Assembly: GCA_903880005.1 (NCBI GenBank)
Contig: CAIRNV010000437.1
Coordinates: 5,341 to 69,340, forward strand
From: an uncultured Verrucomicrobiota bacterium
GTDB taxonomy: Bacteria > Verrucomicrobiota > Verrucomicrobiia > Limisphaerales > UBA9464
DNA length: 64,000 bases
Reading direction: 5' to 3'
In this document: positions 9,998 through 19,462 of the stretch, piece by piece
How the letters are laid out: each line of letters opens with the position of its first letter
Position numbering within the stretch: the first letter of the stretch is position 1
Made by a program: the position numbers and the translations under genes
Notes under the pieces: model-generated
What the model was told of the DNA's origin: nothing
What the model saw: only the letters and a program-made list of their open reading frames with translations
Database searches by the model: none

Positions 9998-10675
9998 ATG
10001 AACCCCATGTCCCACATCCCCATGCCTCGCAGTGTTGCCCGCCGCGGGTTCCTTCGTGCCGCCGCCCTCTCGACGACCTTCATGGCCGTCCCGGGAGCCT
10101 ACGCGGCGGCGCTGATGGAGACTCCGCCCCAGACCGAGGGGCCGTTCTACCCGGACAAGCTCCCGCTCGACACCGACAACGACCTGCTCGTGGTGAACGA
10201 CAGCCTCGACCCGTCGGCTGGCGTCGTGACATGGCTGGGCGGCCGCATCCTTGACTCGCGCGGCCAGCCGATCCGCAACGCCATGGTGGAGATCTGGCAG
10301 GCGGACGCCAACGGGGTGTACCTCCATTCTCGCAGCGACAACGGCGGCAAGCGGGACAAGCGCTTCCAGGGCTTCGGCCGCTTCCTCACCGCCTCCTCGG
10401 GCGAGTACGTGTTCCGCACCATCAAGCCGGTGCCCTACCCGGGCCGCACGCCGCATGTTCACTTCGCGGTGAAGTTGCCCGGGAGACCGAAGTTCACGAC
10501 CCAGTGCTACATCGAGGGCGAGCCCCAGAACCAAAAGGACGGGATTCTCCAGGGCGTGAAGGACCCGAAGGCCCGCGCCTTGCTTCTCGTCCCGTTCAAG
10601 CCCTTGCCACGGTCCAAGGCAGGCGAGTTGTCCGCGCGCTTCGACATCATCCTCGGCGTCACGCCCGAGGGTTGA
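9998..10675 (+). CDS. intradiol ring-cleavage dioxygenase family protein (protocatechuate dioxygenase beta-like), Tat-exported
   Basis: Twin-arginine signal (ARRGFLRAAALS), plus TEGPFYP and GRTPHVHF motifs. Confidence 0.75.
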   Translation: MNPMSHIPMPRSVARRGFLRAAALSTTFMAVPGAYAAALMETPPQTEGPFYPDKLPLDTDNDLLVVNDSLDPSAGVVTWLGGRILDSRGQPIRNAMVEIWQADANGVYLHSRSDNGGKRDKRFQGFGRFLTASSGEYVFRTIKPVPYPGRTPHVHFAVKLPGRPKFTTQCYIEGEPQNQKDGILQGVKDPKARALLLVPFKPLPRSKAGELSARFDIILGVTPEG

Positions 10676-10743
10676 GCCTGCCTGCGCCGCCGCCGCCCGC
10701 CCGTGTCCGCGCGAAAAGCCGGGGCCTTCGTGCGCCAAGTCCC

Positions 10744-10845
10744 TCGGATCGAACGATCCATTCGGGTCGGTTGTTCTTGTGGGATCTTCTGACGCAAGAG
10801 CTTCGTCCTTCGCTCGTGCCGTTTCCCGCCGATTTCCAACTCCCC
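10744..10845. repeat. family-A repeat, degenerate copy (A4)
   Basis: gaacgatccattcgggtcgg resembles gaacgattcagttggatcgg. ggatcttctgacgcaagagcttcgtccttcgctcgt matches 33 of 36 nt inside copy A3. Confidence 0.6.
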
Positions 10846-10890
10846 ACGGGCGGGGCATTTCCATACGCTCATCCGAAAGGCATTTCCTCC

Positions 10891-12141
10891 ATGCTTCAGC
10901 TTGCGCGTTTTTCCATCGGGGTGGGCGATCGGTTTGCCCACCAGGCCGAGTCCCAACTCCAGGCCTGCGTCCAGTTGCTTCGCGAGGGGCCCCTTGTCGT
11001 CCCCGTGTGGAACAAGTCCAACCGCGAGCACTCGTTCATCGGCTCCGACCCGGGGAGCGTGCTGGCGTCGGCGCGCGCGGCGGTGAAGGCCTTGGGCTGG
11101 GCCCATCCATGGCATGTCGATGCGGACCACATCCGGTTGGAGACGGTGGACCGGTTCCTGCCGCACTCGGACTTCTTCACGATTGACGTGGCGGATTCGA
11201 TCGGGCTCCCGCCGGGTCCCGGCGAGGCGGAGGCGTTCGTGGACGCACACCCCGAGTTGCAAGGGGACCTGCGCATCGACGGCATCGAGGGCGTGGTGCG
11301 GACGACGCGGGCGGAGGTGTTGGGATGGGCGTCGAAGTACCTGCTCGCCGCGCGCGAGGCGGGGCGCATTTACCGTCATATCGAGGCCTTGAAAGGGGTG
11401 GGGAATTTCATCGCGGAAGTGTCGATGGACGAGACGGACGAGCCCCAGACGCCGCCGGTCTTGATGTTGATCCTGGCGGCCTTGGCGGACGAGAAGGTGC
11501 CCTTGCAGACGATCGCGCCGAAGTTCACGGGGCGGTTCAACAAGGGCGTGGACTACGTGGGCGACCTGGCCCAGTTCGAGCGGGAGTTCAACGACGACCT
11601 TGCCGTGATCGCCCATGCGGTGCGGCGCTACGGCCTGCCCTCCAACCTCAAGCTCTCGGTACACTCGGGCAGCGACAAGTTCTCCCTGTACCCGGTCATC
11701 CGGAGGGCGCTGGCCCGTTCGGGCGCCGGCGTCCATGTGAAGACCGCCGGGACCACGTGGTTGGAGGAGGTCATCGGGCTCGCGGAATCGGGGGTCGAGG
11801 GATTGGACTTCGTGAAGTCCCTCTACGCGGACGCCCTTGGGCACGTGGATGAATTGTGCGCGCCCTACGCATCCGTCATCGACATCGACCGGGCCCGCCT
11901 TCCGTCGGCCGTGGAGGTTTCCGGGTGGGATGGCGCGCAGTTCGCGGCGGCGTTGCGGCATGAGCCATCGGACCCCCGGTTCCACGCGGGGCTGCGTCAA
12001 TTGGTGCACGTCTCGTTCAAGCTCGCCGCCAAGCGGGGCACCGCCTACACGGACTTGCTCAAGGCCCACCGCGAGGTCGTGGGGCGCAACGTGACCGACA
12101 ATCTCCTGCGACGGCACCTGCGGCCGTTGTTCGTGGGTTGA
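10891..12141 (+). CDS. uxaE: tagaturonate/fructuronate epimerase
   Basis: VSMDETDEPQTP, GVDYVGDLAQFE, SVHSGSDKFSLYP and HVKTAGTTWLEE match the conserved blocks I recall from Thermotoga UxaE. The ATG at 10891 is in frame with ORF 10504..12141. Confidence 0.8.
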   Translation: MLQLARFSIGVGDRFAHQAESQLQACVQLLREGPLVVPVWNKSNREHSFIGSDPGSVLASARAAVKALGWAHPWHVDADHIRLETVDRFLPHSDFFTIDVADSIGLPPGPGEAEAFVDAHPELQGDLRIDGIEGVVRTTRAEVLGWASKYLLAAREAGRIYRHIEALKGVGNFIAEVSMDETDEPQTPPVLMLILAALADEKVPLQTIAPKFTGRFNKGVDYVGDLAQFEREFNDDLAVIAHAVRRYGLPSNLKLSVHSGSDKFSLYPVIRRALARSGAGVHVKTAGTTWLEEVIGLAESGVEGLDFVKSLYADALGHVDELCAPYASVIDIDRARLPSAVEVSGWDGAQFAAALRHEPSDPRFHAGLRQLVHVSFKLAAKRGTAYTDLLKAHREVVGRNVTDNLLRRHLRPLFVG

Positions 12142-12186
12142 ACCCGGCGCCCCGGATAACCCCCTTCATCCTCAACGAAAGAATCC

Positions 12187-13119
12187 ATGCAAACCCGCCT
12201 CCTGGGCCGCACTGGCCTTCGCCTTCCTATCCTCGGCTTCGGCGCGTCATCGCTCGGCCAGGAGTTTCGCAGCGTCACCTTGGACGAGGCGATCTCGTCG
12301 GTCCGCGTCGCCCTCGACCTGGGCATCAGCTTCATCGACACCTCGCCGTTCTATGGCCGGGGCATGAGCGAGGTGTTGCTGGGCGTGGCGTTGCAGGGCG
12401 TGCCGCGCGACCAGTACACCCTTTGCACCAAGCTGGGACGCTACGACCTCGGCCACTTCGACTTCTCGGCGCGGCGCGTGGCGGAGTCCGTGGACGTGAG
12501 CCTGCACCGGCTGCGCACGGATCACCTCGACATCGTGCTGTGCCACGACATCGAGTTCGTGCCGATGCAACAGGTGGTGGACGAGACGTTGCCGGCGCTG
12601 CGGCGGCTGCGGGACGCGGGCAAGGTTCGGTTCATTGGCTTCAGCGGTTATCCGCAGAAGATCTTTCGGTTCGTGTGCGACCAGACGGACGTGGACTGCG
12701 TGCTGAGCTACAACCAGCACACGTTGCAGAACACGCGGTTCTCGGACGAGACGCTTCCTTACCTCGAATCCAAGGGGGTTGGCGCGATCAACGCGGGGCC
12801 ATTCAGCGCGCGATTGCTGACGAACGCGCCGCTACCCGCGTGGCTGAAGGAGCCTGAGGCAGTCAAGGACGCGGCCAGGCGCGCGGCCGCCCTGTGCGCG
12901 GCCAGGGGCGTGGACATCGCGCAGTTGGCGCTCCAGTTCTCCTGCGCTCATCCGGGGATCGCCAGCACGGTGGCAGGGTCCGCCAACCCCGCGAACATCC
13001 GCCGCTGGGCCCAATGGCTGGAGCAACCCATCGACCACGCCCTGATGTCCGAGGTGCGGGCGATCTTTGATCCGGTGCGGAACGTCGGGCACGCCGAGGG
13101 TTTGCCGGAAAACAACTGA
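12187..13119 (+). CDS. aldo/keto reductase, L-galactose / L-fucose (D-threo-aldose) 1-dehydrogenase-like
   Basis: GFGASSLGQEF, FIDTSPFYGRGMSE, TKLGRYDLGHFDFSARRV, DIVLCHDIEF, VRFIGFSGYP and LPYLESKGVGAINAGP run parallel along the whole length to plant-type L-galactose dehydrogenase as I remember it. Confidence 0.75.
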   Translation: MQTRLLGRTGLRLPILGFGASSLGQEFRSVTLDEAISSVRVALDLGISFIDTSPFYGRGMSEVLLGVALQGVPRDQYTLCTKLGRYDLGHFDFSARRVAESVDVSLHRLRTDHLDIVLCHDIEFVPMQQVVDETLPALRRLRDAGKVRFIGFSGYPQKIFRFVCDQTDVDCVLSYNQHTLQNTRFSDETLPYLESKGVGAINAGPFSARLLTNAPLPAWLKEPEAVKDAARRAAALCAARGVDIAQLALQFSCAHPGIASTVAGSANPANIRRWAQWLEQPIDHALMSEVRAIFDPVRNVGHAEGLPENN

Positions 13120-13254
13120 GCCGGAACGGTCGGGTACCCTCATGCCCAGCTGCATGATTCCGCATGCAGCCGGCGAAACGGAGGCCTTGGCCGACGGATG
13201 GCCCGACATGGATCCGCGCTCGCCATGGGCGACGGGTTTCGCACCCTTGGGGGG

Positions 13255-14280
13255 ATGAAGGCACTGCAATTGGAGAAGCCCTTGGCGTGGAAGCGCATTG
13301 AGTTGCCGGAACCGCCGGCGCCGGGACCGGGCGAGGCGTTGCTGCGGGTGCATCGGGTGGGGATCTGCGGGACGGACTTGTCGGGTTACCTGGGCAAGAT
13401 GCCGTTCTTCTCGTATCCGCGCGTGCCCGGCCATGAGTTGGGGGTGGAGGTGCTGGCGGTGGGCGAGGGCGTGACGAACGTGCGCCCGGGGGATCGTTGC
13501 TCGGTGGAGCCGTACATCAACTGCCAGCAGTGCTACGCCTGCCAACGGGGCTACACAAATGCCTGCCAGCATCACAAGACGCTGGGGGTGATGTGCGATG
13601 GCGGCCTGGCTGAACGGATCATCCTCCCCGCGAGGAAGCTGCATCCGGCCCCGGCGCTGACCCACGAGCAGGCGGCGTTGGTGGAGACGCTGGCCATCGG
13701 ATGCCACGCCGTGGACCGCGCGCAGCCGCGGCCGGGAGAGCATGTGCTGGTCATTGGCGCGGGGCCGATCGGGTTGTCGGTGGTCGAGTTCGCCCGGCTT
13801 TCCGGGGCGCGCACGATCGTGACGGACTTGCAGGCATCGCGGTTGGCGTTCGTCCGGGAGAAGATGGGGTTGCCGGACACGTTCGTGAGCCGCGGCGACG
13901 ACGGGGATTTCGAGGCGTTGTCCGGGCTGTCATCGGGCCGGATGGCGGACGTGGTGGTGGATGCGACGGGCCATGCGCGGTCGATGGCGAGGGCGATGGA
14001 GTTTGGGGCGCATGGGGCGCGGGTGGTGTTCGTGGGGATCACGCAGCAGAACCTGGAGTTCCCGCACGCGCCCGTGTTGCACCGGCGGGAGTTGACGTTG
14101 ATGGCGTCGAGGAATGCGCGCTCGGGGGATTTCCCGAGGATCATCGAGTTGATTGGGTCGGGCCGGATCGACACGCGTCCGTGGATCACGCATCACGCGC
14201 GGATGGAGGACGTGCCGGAGGTGTTCTCGCGGTGGCTGGACCCGGCGAGCGGGGTGATCAAGGCGGTGGTGGAGGTTTGA
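13255..14280 (+). CDS. lgoD: zinc-dependent MDR dehydrogenase, L-galactonate-5-dehydrogenase-like
   Basis: GICGTDLSGYLGKMPFFSYPRVPGHE, CQQCYACQRG, GAGPIGL and VVDATG...VVFVG closely parallel E. coli YjjN/LgoD as recalled. I chose the ATG at 13255 (MKALQLEK). Confidence 0.6.
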   Translation: MKALQLEKPLAWKRIELPEPPAPGPGEALLRVHRVGICGTDLSGYLGKMPFFSYPRVPGHELGVEVLAVGEGVTNVRPGDRCSVEPYINCQQCYACQRGYTNACQHHKTLGVMCDGGLAERIILPARKLHPAPALTHEQAALVETLAIGCHAVDRAQPRPGEHVLVIGAGPIGLSVVEFARLSGARTIVTDLQASRLAFVREKMGLPDTFVSRGDDGDFEALSGLSSGRMADVVVDATGHARSMARAMEFGAHGARVVFVGITQQNLEFPHAPVLHRRELTLMASRNARSGDFPRIIELIGSGRIDTRPWITHHARMEDVPEVFSRWLDPASGVIKAVVEV

Positions 14281-14293
14281 GGGGATTTGGGTG

Positions 14294-14333
14294 AAAAAAT
14301 AAAAAGGCGGCCCCACGGTGGTGGGGCCGCCTT
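14294..14333 (-). terminator. intrinsic terminator (usable in both directions) between convergent genes
   Basis: Perfect 13-bp stem aaggcggccccac/gtggggccgcctt with a 4-nt loop. On the minus strand it is followed by UUUUUAUUUUUU, downstream of the MFS gene. An A-tract precedes it on the plus strand. Confidence 0.8.
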
Positions 14334-14364
14334 GATGTGCGGGGTGGCAACGACGCCGAAGGCG

Positions 14365-15978
14365 TCACGCCTTGGCGGCATCCTCGACGGACACCGGCTT
14401 GTATCCGCCGATGGCCTTGAAGTAGAGGAGGATGAGGAGGTAGATGACCGCCATGGTGGCGGGGATGAAGCTGTCCCACTTGAGGGTCATGCGGTTGCCG
14501 TCCACGTCGGCCGTGACGACGGCCTGCTGGACGGGGTTGCGGGCCTTCTCGTCCACCTTCTTGGCGGCCTCGAGCTTTTGGCCGTCGATCGAGAACGATT
14601 CCTTGAGGAAGAGCCACTTGGAGGGCTTGGCGGCCTTGTACTCGGCGAAGGCGGCGGGGTTGGCCTTTTCGAGGGCCTCGCCGGAGAAGCGGTCCTTGGC
14701 ATAGCCCAGGCCGGGCGAGCCGACGAGGCCGGCCGACATCATGCCGAGGCCGCCCATGATGGAGATGGCGACGGCGCCGCACCGCGGGAAGCGGTCGGAG
14801 GCCACGGCGAGCATGGTGGGCCAGAAGAAGGTCTTGCCGATGGCATAGACGGTGAGGGCGAGGAGGGCTCCGTTGAAGGAGGTGACGCCCGAGACGAGGT
14901 TGAGGCCGACGCATGCGAAGATGGAGCAGACGAGGAGGATGCCGACGGGCTTGAGGCCGAGCTTGTGCTCGATGAAGTGGCCGCAGAAGCGGAGCACGAA
15001 CATGAGCGCGGAGGTGAAGATGAACAGGTAGGTGGCCTCCTTGGGGGTGAGGATGGCGCCCTCGATGTTCTGGATCCAGCCATCGGTCCCCAGCTCGACC
15101 GCGCCGACGAGGGCATGGACGATGAAGAGGACGAAGAGGAGGGGGGCGCCCACGGACCAGCGGGAGGTGCCGGCGAAGCCGAGGAAGGCGACGGCCCCGA
15201 CGGCGACGGAGGCATAGGTCCAGTTGTCGCCGGCGAAGAAGGCGTTGCCGGTCAGTCCGTTGAGCAGGGGCCCGAGGCCGTCCTTGAAGAAGAGGCCGAT
15301 GAAGAGGCCCACGATGGCGGAGCCGAGGATGCCGACGTCGCGGAGCATTTCGCCGAGGCTAAGCCCCTTGGCGGAGGCCTCGGACTTGGGGAAGGCCTGG
15401 CCGAAGAACATGACGCCGTAGATGACGGCGGGGATGAGGAAGCATCCGAGCTGGAGCTTCCAGCTTTGGTCGGCGAGGCCGTTGTGGATGAAGCCGCCGA
15501 TCACCATGCCGGCCGGCCACGAGGCGTGGAGGATGTTGAGGTAATGGGTTCGGTTCTTGGGGAACAAGGTGGCCACGAGGGGATTGGCGACGGCCTCGAG
15601 GGTGCCGTTGGCGACGGCGAAGAGGAAGGTCCCGGACCAAAGCCAGACAAAGGCCGTCTTGGTGTCCATGCCCTCCTTGGCACCGAAGGTGACGAGGGCC
15701 GAGACGACGTGGAAGAGGAAGGCGGCGGCGACGAGCTTGCCGTAGCCGACCTTGTCCACGATGACGCCGCCGATGATGATGCCGAAGCAGAACCCGGTGA
15801 AGCCGGCCCCGTTGATCAGGCCGATCTCCAGGCCGGTGAAGTTAAAGGCCTTCACCCAGTCGCCGAAGATGGCGCCGCGGATGCCGAATCCGATGCCGGC
15901 CGCCAGGATGGCCATGAAGCCTGCCCATAGCAGGCGCTTTGCGTTCGAGGCGATGCCCTCGCTTGATCCGTTGCTCAT
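14365..15978 (-). CDS. MFS transporter (sugar/fucose-permease-like) with a soluble insert before the last TM helix
   Basis: 537 aa with about 12 or more hydrophobic helices and an MFS-like loop pattern. Convergent with the dehydrogenase gene. Confidence 0.75.
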   Translation of the reverse strand: MSNGSSEGIASNAKRLLWAGFMAILAAGIGFGIRGAIFGDWVKAFNFTGLEIGLINGAGFTGFCFGIIIGGVIVDKVGYGKLVAAAFLFHVVSALVTFGAKEGMDTKTAFVWLWSGTFLFAVANGTLEAVANPLVATLFPKNRTHYLNILHASWPAGMVIGGFIHNGLADQSWKLQLGCFLIPAVIYGVMFFGQAFPKSEASAKGLSLGEMLRDVGILGSAIVGLFIGLFFKDGLGPLLNGLTGNAFFAGDNWTYASVAVGAVAFLGFAGTSRWSVGAPLLFVLFIVHALVGAVELGTDGWIQNIEGAILTPKEATYLFIFTSALMFVLRFCGHFIEHKLGLKPVGILLVCSIFACVGLNLVSGVTSFNGALLALTVYAIGKTFFWPTMLAVASDRFPRCGAVAISIMGGLGMMSAGLVGSPGLGYAKDRFSGEALEKANPAAFAEYKAAKPSKWLFLKESFSIDGQKLEAAKKVDEKARNPVQQAVVTADVDGNRMTLKWDSFIPATMAVIYLLILLYFKAIGGYKPVSVEDAAKA

Positions 15979-16229
15979 GTTGATAGCTCCGTTGGTCGAT
16001 TAGAGGGCGCCGTGCGATGCGAGCGATCCAGCCGGCTGCGCAGCGCGAGGCTGATGCCAGCCCCGTGCTGTTTCCCCGGTCGATCGATGGTTCCGCGTCT
16101 CGCCACGCCCATGGTTGCAAACGCGCACCAGTGTGCCCGTCGCGGGCACGTCATGAATGCGCGGAAGTTGGGCTAGTGAATCGCGGCGACGTCCCGAGGC
16201 GCAACGGAAAAGAAGAAGGCGCGGGCCGG

Positions 16230-16859
16230 CTACCGCGCGGCCCAGCGGACGAAGTTACCCAGGAGTCGCAGGCCATTGGCCTGGCTCTTCTCGGGGTGGA
16301 ACTGGGTCGCGAAGAGGTTGTCGCGCCAGACGGCCGATGCGAAGGGCCGGCCGTAGGTGGTCCGTCCGGCAACGACGGAGTCGTCGGCGGGACGGGGGTG
16401 GAAGGAATGGACGAAGTAGAAGTAGGACCCGGACGGGATGCCCTCGAACAGGGGGCACGACGGCTGGGTCACCTCGACCTGGTTCCATCCGATCTGCGGG
16501 ATCTTCAGGTGCGGCTCCTCGGGGGTGGGTTGGAAGCGGACGACGGGCCCGGCCAACACGCCGAGGCCGAGCGCGCAGGAGTTGAACTCCTCGCTGCGGT
16601 CGAACAGGGCCTGGTAGCCCACGCAAATCCCGAGGAAGGGGCGTCCGGCGTCGATCCAGGCGCGCACGGCGTCGAGGAGCCGCTGGCGTTGCAGGGCGTT
16701 GATGCAGTCATCGAAGGCCCCGACGCCGGGCAGGACGACGGCGCGTGCATGGTCGAGGCCGACGTGGGAGTCGAGGCGGCGCACGTTGGCACCGACGGCC
16801 GCGAGAGCCTTCTCGACGCTGCGGATGTTGCCGGCCCCGTAGTCGAGGAGGGCGATCAT
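16230..16859 (-). CDS. hisH: imidazole glycerol phosphate synthase, glutamine amidotransferase subunit
   Basis: MIALLDYGAGNIRSV, LPGVGAF, GICVGYQAL (catalytic Cys) and FHPEKS. The start at 16859 overlaps the upstream cupin stop by 4 nt. Confidence 0.92.
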   Translation of the reverse strand: MIALLDYGAGNIRSVEKALAAVGANVRRLDSHVGLDHARAVVLPGVGAFDDCINALQRQRLLDAVRAWIDAGRPFLGICVGYQALFDRSEEFNSCALGLGVLAGPVVRFQPTPEEPHLKIPQIGWNQVEVTQPSCPLFEGIPSGSYFYFVHSFHPRPADDSVVAGRTTYGRPFASAVWRDNLFATQFHPEKSQANGLRLLGNFVRWAAR

Positions 16860-17257
16860 GGGCGCAATCCGCGCCATGGCTCCTCTTGGCTGACGTCCAC
16901 GAGGAACGGGCCCTGGGCGGCGGCGGGCGAGAGGATGGCGAGGATGACGGCGTCGGCGTCCGTGGGGTTGAAGGTGGCGTGCACGACGCCCTTGGGGATG
17001 TGGGCGACCTCGCCAGGACGGAGCATCCGCTTCTCCGTTTCCACCCATTGTTCGACGGATCCCTCGAGGACGTAGATGACCTCCTCCAGCTCGGGGTGGG
17101 TGTGGAAGTTGTGGCCTTCGCCGGCCGGGAGCACGGCGCGGCAGACTTGGAGGTCGCGAGCCTCGCAAACCTCGGGCCGGACCATCCAGAAGTTGGTCCG
17201 TCCCTTGTACGCCTCCTTGAGGGCCTCGGCCTCGGTGACGAAGCGGTTGGGCTTCAT
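16856..17257 (-). CDS. cupin domain protein
   Basis: GEGHNFHTHPELEEVIYVLEG...GEVAHIPKGVVH contains the two cupin motifs. The ATG at 17257 is in frame with ORF 16856..17926. Confidence 0.8.
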   Translation of the reverse strand: MKPNRFVTEAEALKEAYKGRTNFWMVRPEVCEARDLQVCRAVLPAGEGHNFHTHPELEEVIYVLEGSVEQWVETEKRMLRPGEVAHIPKGVVHATFNPTDADAVILAILSPAAAQGPFLVDVSQEEPWRGLRP

Positions 17258-17276
17258 GGTCTTGGCGGGGTCGTCG

Positions 17277-18161
17277 TCAGCGGCGGAGGGGCTTCTTGGC
17301 GGCCGGGGCCTTGAGCGCCTTGAAGTCGCGGGTGAGCTGGGTGAGGGACGCCTCGACCCCCATGCGTTCCAGCGAGCTGGCACCGACGAAGCCGACGGCG
17401 TCGGTGTTGTCCATGATGCGCTTGGCGTCGGCCGGGGTGTTGATGGGGCCGCCATGGGCGAGGAAGAGGACGTCCTTACGGACGCGTCGGACGGCGTTGA
17501 TGATTTCCTGGGTGCGTTGGATGGCGAAGTCCCAGGTGACGACGGCCTTGGTGACGCCAATGGAGCCGCCCACCGTCGTGCCCACGTGGGAGATGATGGC
17601 GTCGGCCCCGGCCTTGGCCATCTCGACGGCCTCCTCGGCGGTGCCGACATAGACGACGGAGAAGAGGTCCATGCGGCGTGCGAGGGCGACCATCTCGTAT
17701 TCCTTGCGGACGGACATGCCGGTCTCCTCGAGGACGTTGCGGAAATGGCCGTCCACGATGGTGTGGGTGGGGAAGTTGTTGACGCCGGAGAAGCCCATCT
17801 CCTTGACGCGGCCGAGCCAGTGCCACATGCGGCGGCGGGGGTCGGTGGCATGGACGCCGCAGATGACGGGGGCCTCCTCGACGACGGGCAGGACCTCGTA
17901 CTCGCCGATCTCCATGGCGATCGCATTGGCGTCGCCGTAGGCCATCATGCCGCAGGTGGACCCATGGCCCATCATGCGGAACCGGCCGGAATTATAGATG
18001 ATGATGAGGTCGGCCCCGCCCTTCTCGATGAACTTGGCGCTGATGCCCGTGCCGGCCCCGGCGGCAATGATGGCGTCGCCCTTCTTCAGGGTGGCGTGGA
18101 GGCGTTCGATGACTTCCTTGCGCGTGTAGGGGTTGCCTTTGCCGGTCCAGGGATTGGCCAT
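17277..18161 (-). CDS. phosphoenolpyruvate hydrolase-like TIM-barrel family protein
   Basis: GAGTGISAKFIEKGGADLIIIYNSGRFRM and GVNNFPT recall the PEP-hydrolase-like family that is usually paired with UPF0261/Tm-1-type proteins. No such partner is present here. Confidence 0.6.
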   Translation of the reverse strand: MANPWTGKGNPYTRKEVIERLHATLKKGDAIIAAGAGTGISAKFIEKGGADLIIIYNSGRFRMMGHGSTCGMMAYGDANAIAMEIGEYEVLPVVEEAPVICGVHATDPRRRMWHWLGRVKEMGFSGVNNFPTHTIVDGHFRNVLEETGMSVRKEYEMVALARRMDLFSVVYVGTAEEAVEMAKAGADAIISHVGTTVGGSIGVTKAVVTWDFAIQRTQEIINAVRRVRKDVLFLAHGGPINTPADAKRIMDNTDAVGFVGASSLERMGVEASLTQLTRDFKALKAPAAKKPLRR

Positions 18162-18270
18162 GGTGTGCGTGCTTCGATGTGGATGACGTTGTCGATGACG
18201 ATGACCGGGCGACGCCCACGCGCGCCCGGCGGTGCAAGCATGGCCCGGGGGACGGGCGGGGGTTCAAGTT

Positions 18271-18921
18271 TCAAGTCGCCGACGATGGGCAAAGGTCGCG
18301 CAGCTCGCAGGAGCCGCAGTCGGGGTTCCGGGCGCGGCAGCGGCGGCGCCCGTGCCAAATGAGCCAGTGGCTCGCCAGAGTCCATTCCTCGCGCGGAAAC
18401 AACCCCATCAGGTCCTGCTCGATCTTCTCGGGCGTGCGAGCGGATGAAAGGCGGAGTCGGCCGGCGAGGCGTTGGACGTGGGTATCGACCACGACGCCGG
18501 ACTGGATGTGGAAGGCGTTCCCGAGGACGACGTTGGCGGTCTTTCGTCCCACGCCAGCAAGCTGGACGAGTTCCTCGAGGGTGCGGGGTACCTCCCCGCC
18601 GTGCTCGGACACCAAGGCCTGGCAGGCGGCGCGGATGTTCCGGGCCTTGTTGCGATAAAGTCCGATGCGTCGGACGTCGGATTCAAGCTGGCTGGCCGGC
18701 GCGGCGGCGTAGTCGGCGGCCGTGCGGTACTTCCTGAAGAGGTCGGCCGTGACGATGTTGACCTGCTTGTCGGTGCACTGGGCGCTGAGGATGGTGGCGA
18801 CCAAGAGGTCCAAGGGTGAGGAGAAGTTCAGCTCGCAATGGGCGTCCGGGTAGGCGGCGCGGAGGCGGGAGACCATCTGTCCGACGCGCCCCAGCCGGGC
18901 GGACTTGGATTCACGAGGCAT
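18271..18921 (-). CDS. nth: endonuclease III
   Basis: HhH-GPD motif (LVQLAGVGRKTANVVL), catalytic context DTHV, and a C-terminal 4Fe-4S cluster CX6CX2CX5C (CRARNPDCGSCELRDLC). Confidence 0.92.
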   Translation of the reverse strand: MPRESKSARLGRVGQMVSRLRAAYPDAHCELNFSSPLDLLVATILSAQCTDKQVNIVTADLFRKYRTAADYAAAPASQLESDVRRIGLYRNKARNIRAACQALVSEHGGEVPRTLEELVQLAGVGRKTANVVLGNAFHIQSGVVVDTHVQRLAGRLRLSSARTPEKIEQDLMGLFPREEWTLASHWLIWHGRRRCRARNPDCGSCELRDLCPSSAT

Positions 18922-18941
18922 GGCAGGGAGTGGAGTAAGGT

Positions 18942-19044
18942 TTAGCCGGAACGATTCAGTTGGATCGGTCGTGCTTGCTCGGTCTGCTTGCACAAGCATC
19001 TGCTTCGCAATCACTTCCCTCCCAATTGAATCGTTCTGGCCTAG
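18942..19044. repeat. family-A MITE-like repeat, short form (A2)
   Basis: The left 38 nt (ttagccggaacgattcagttggatcggtcgtgcttgct) are identical to A3. The right end ccaattgaatcgttctggcctag is an inverted copy of the left end. Confidence 0.75.
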
Positions 19045-19391
19045 TTCCCCGCCGTGGGCGCGGGTGGGACGCTCTGGGGCGTTGCCGGCGCACGCTTGGA
19101 CGGTGCATGGCCCTGCGAGCTGCCGGTCACGGTGCCGTCCTGGTCGTATTCGACGTCGAGGACCCATCCGTTGGCGGTCCATGAGTCACCGCCGCGCGCG
19201 GACTTGCCTGAGGGCATGCCAAGTCGCTTGAGGAGCTTCTCTCGGGGGATGCCGGAATGGATGTTGCCCCAGGACTCGGGGGGGGCGTCGGGCGGGGTGC
19301 GGCATCCGCCCAGCGAGACGGCGGCCACCCAAAGCAGGCAAGCCGACGTGATGAGGGTGGCACGACGAAGGGGGGTGCCGGGGCGTTGCAT
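19041..19391 (-). CDS. small lipoprotein, possibly BamE/SmpA-OmlA-like
   Basis: Lipobox AVSLGGC after a signal peptide. The 116-aa mature part resembles SmpA_OmlA proteins (REKLLKRLGMP...GWVLDVEYDQDGTV). Confidence 0.55.
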   Translation of the reverse strand: MQRPGTPLRRATLITSACLLWVAAVSLGGCRTPPDAPPESWGNIHSGIPREKLLKRLGMPSGKSARGGDSWTANGWVLDVEYDQDGTVTGSSQGHAPSKRAPATPQSVPPAPTAGN

Positions 19392-19399
19392 GGGAAGGG

Positions 19400-19433
19400 G
19401 GAAGAAAAAGGGGCGGGGGATGATCCCCGCCCC
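19400..19433 (-). terminator. intrinsic terminator downstream of fba
   Basis: The minus-strand RNA reads GGGGCGGGGAUCAUCCCCCGCCCC followed by UUUUUCUU. It lies between the fba stop (19463) and the lipoprotein start (19391). Confidence 0.65.
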
Positions 19434-19462
19434 GGGCATTCGGATGCAGGTGGGACCGGGGC

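Noticed and set aside
13150-13169. Inverted repeat ctgcatg-attccg-catgcag, and an agccggaacg string resembling the family-A terminus, between the AKR and dehydrogenase genes.
   Set aside because: Only about 10 nt match the repeat and the stem is 7 bp. This is too short to distinguish from chance.
16133-16149. Hairpin gtgcccg-tcg-cgggcac downstream of hisH, and hairpin gccggggcc/ggccccggc at 56705-56728 downstream of the oxidoreductase gene.
   Set aside because: These are short GC stems without U-tracts. In DNA this GC-rich such palindromes arise by chance, so the support is insufficient to annotate terminators.
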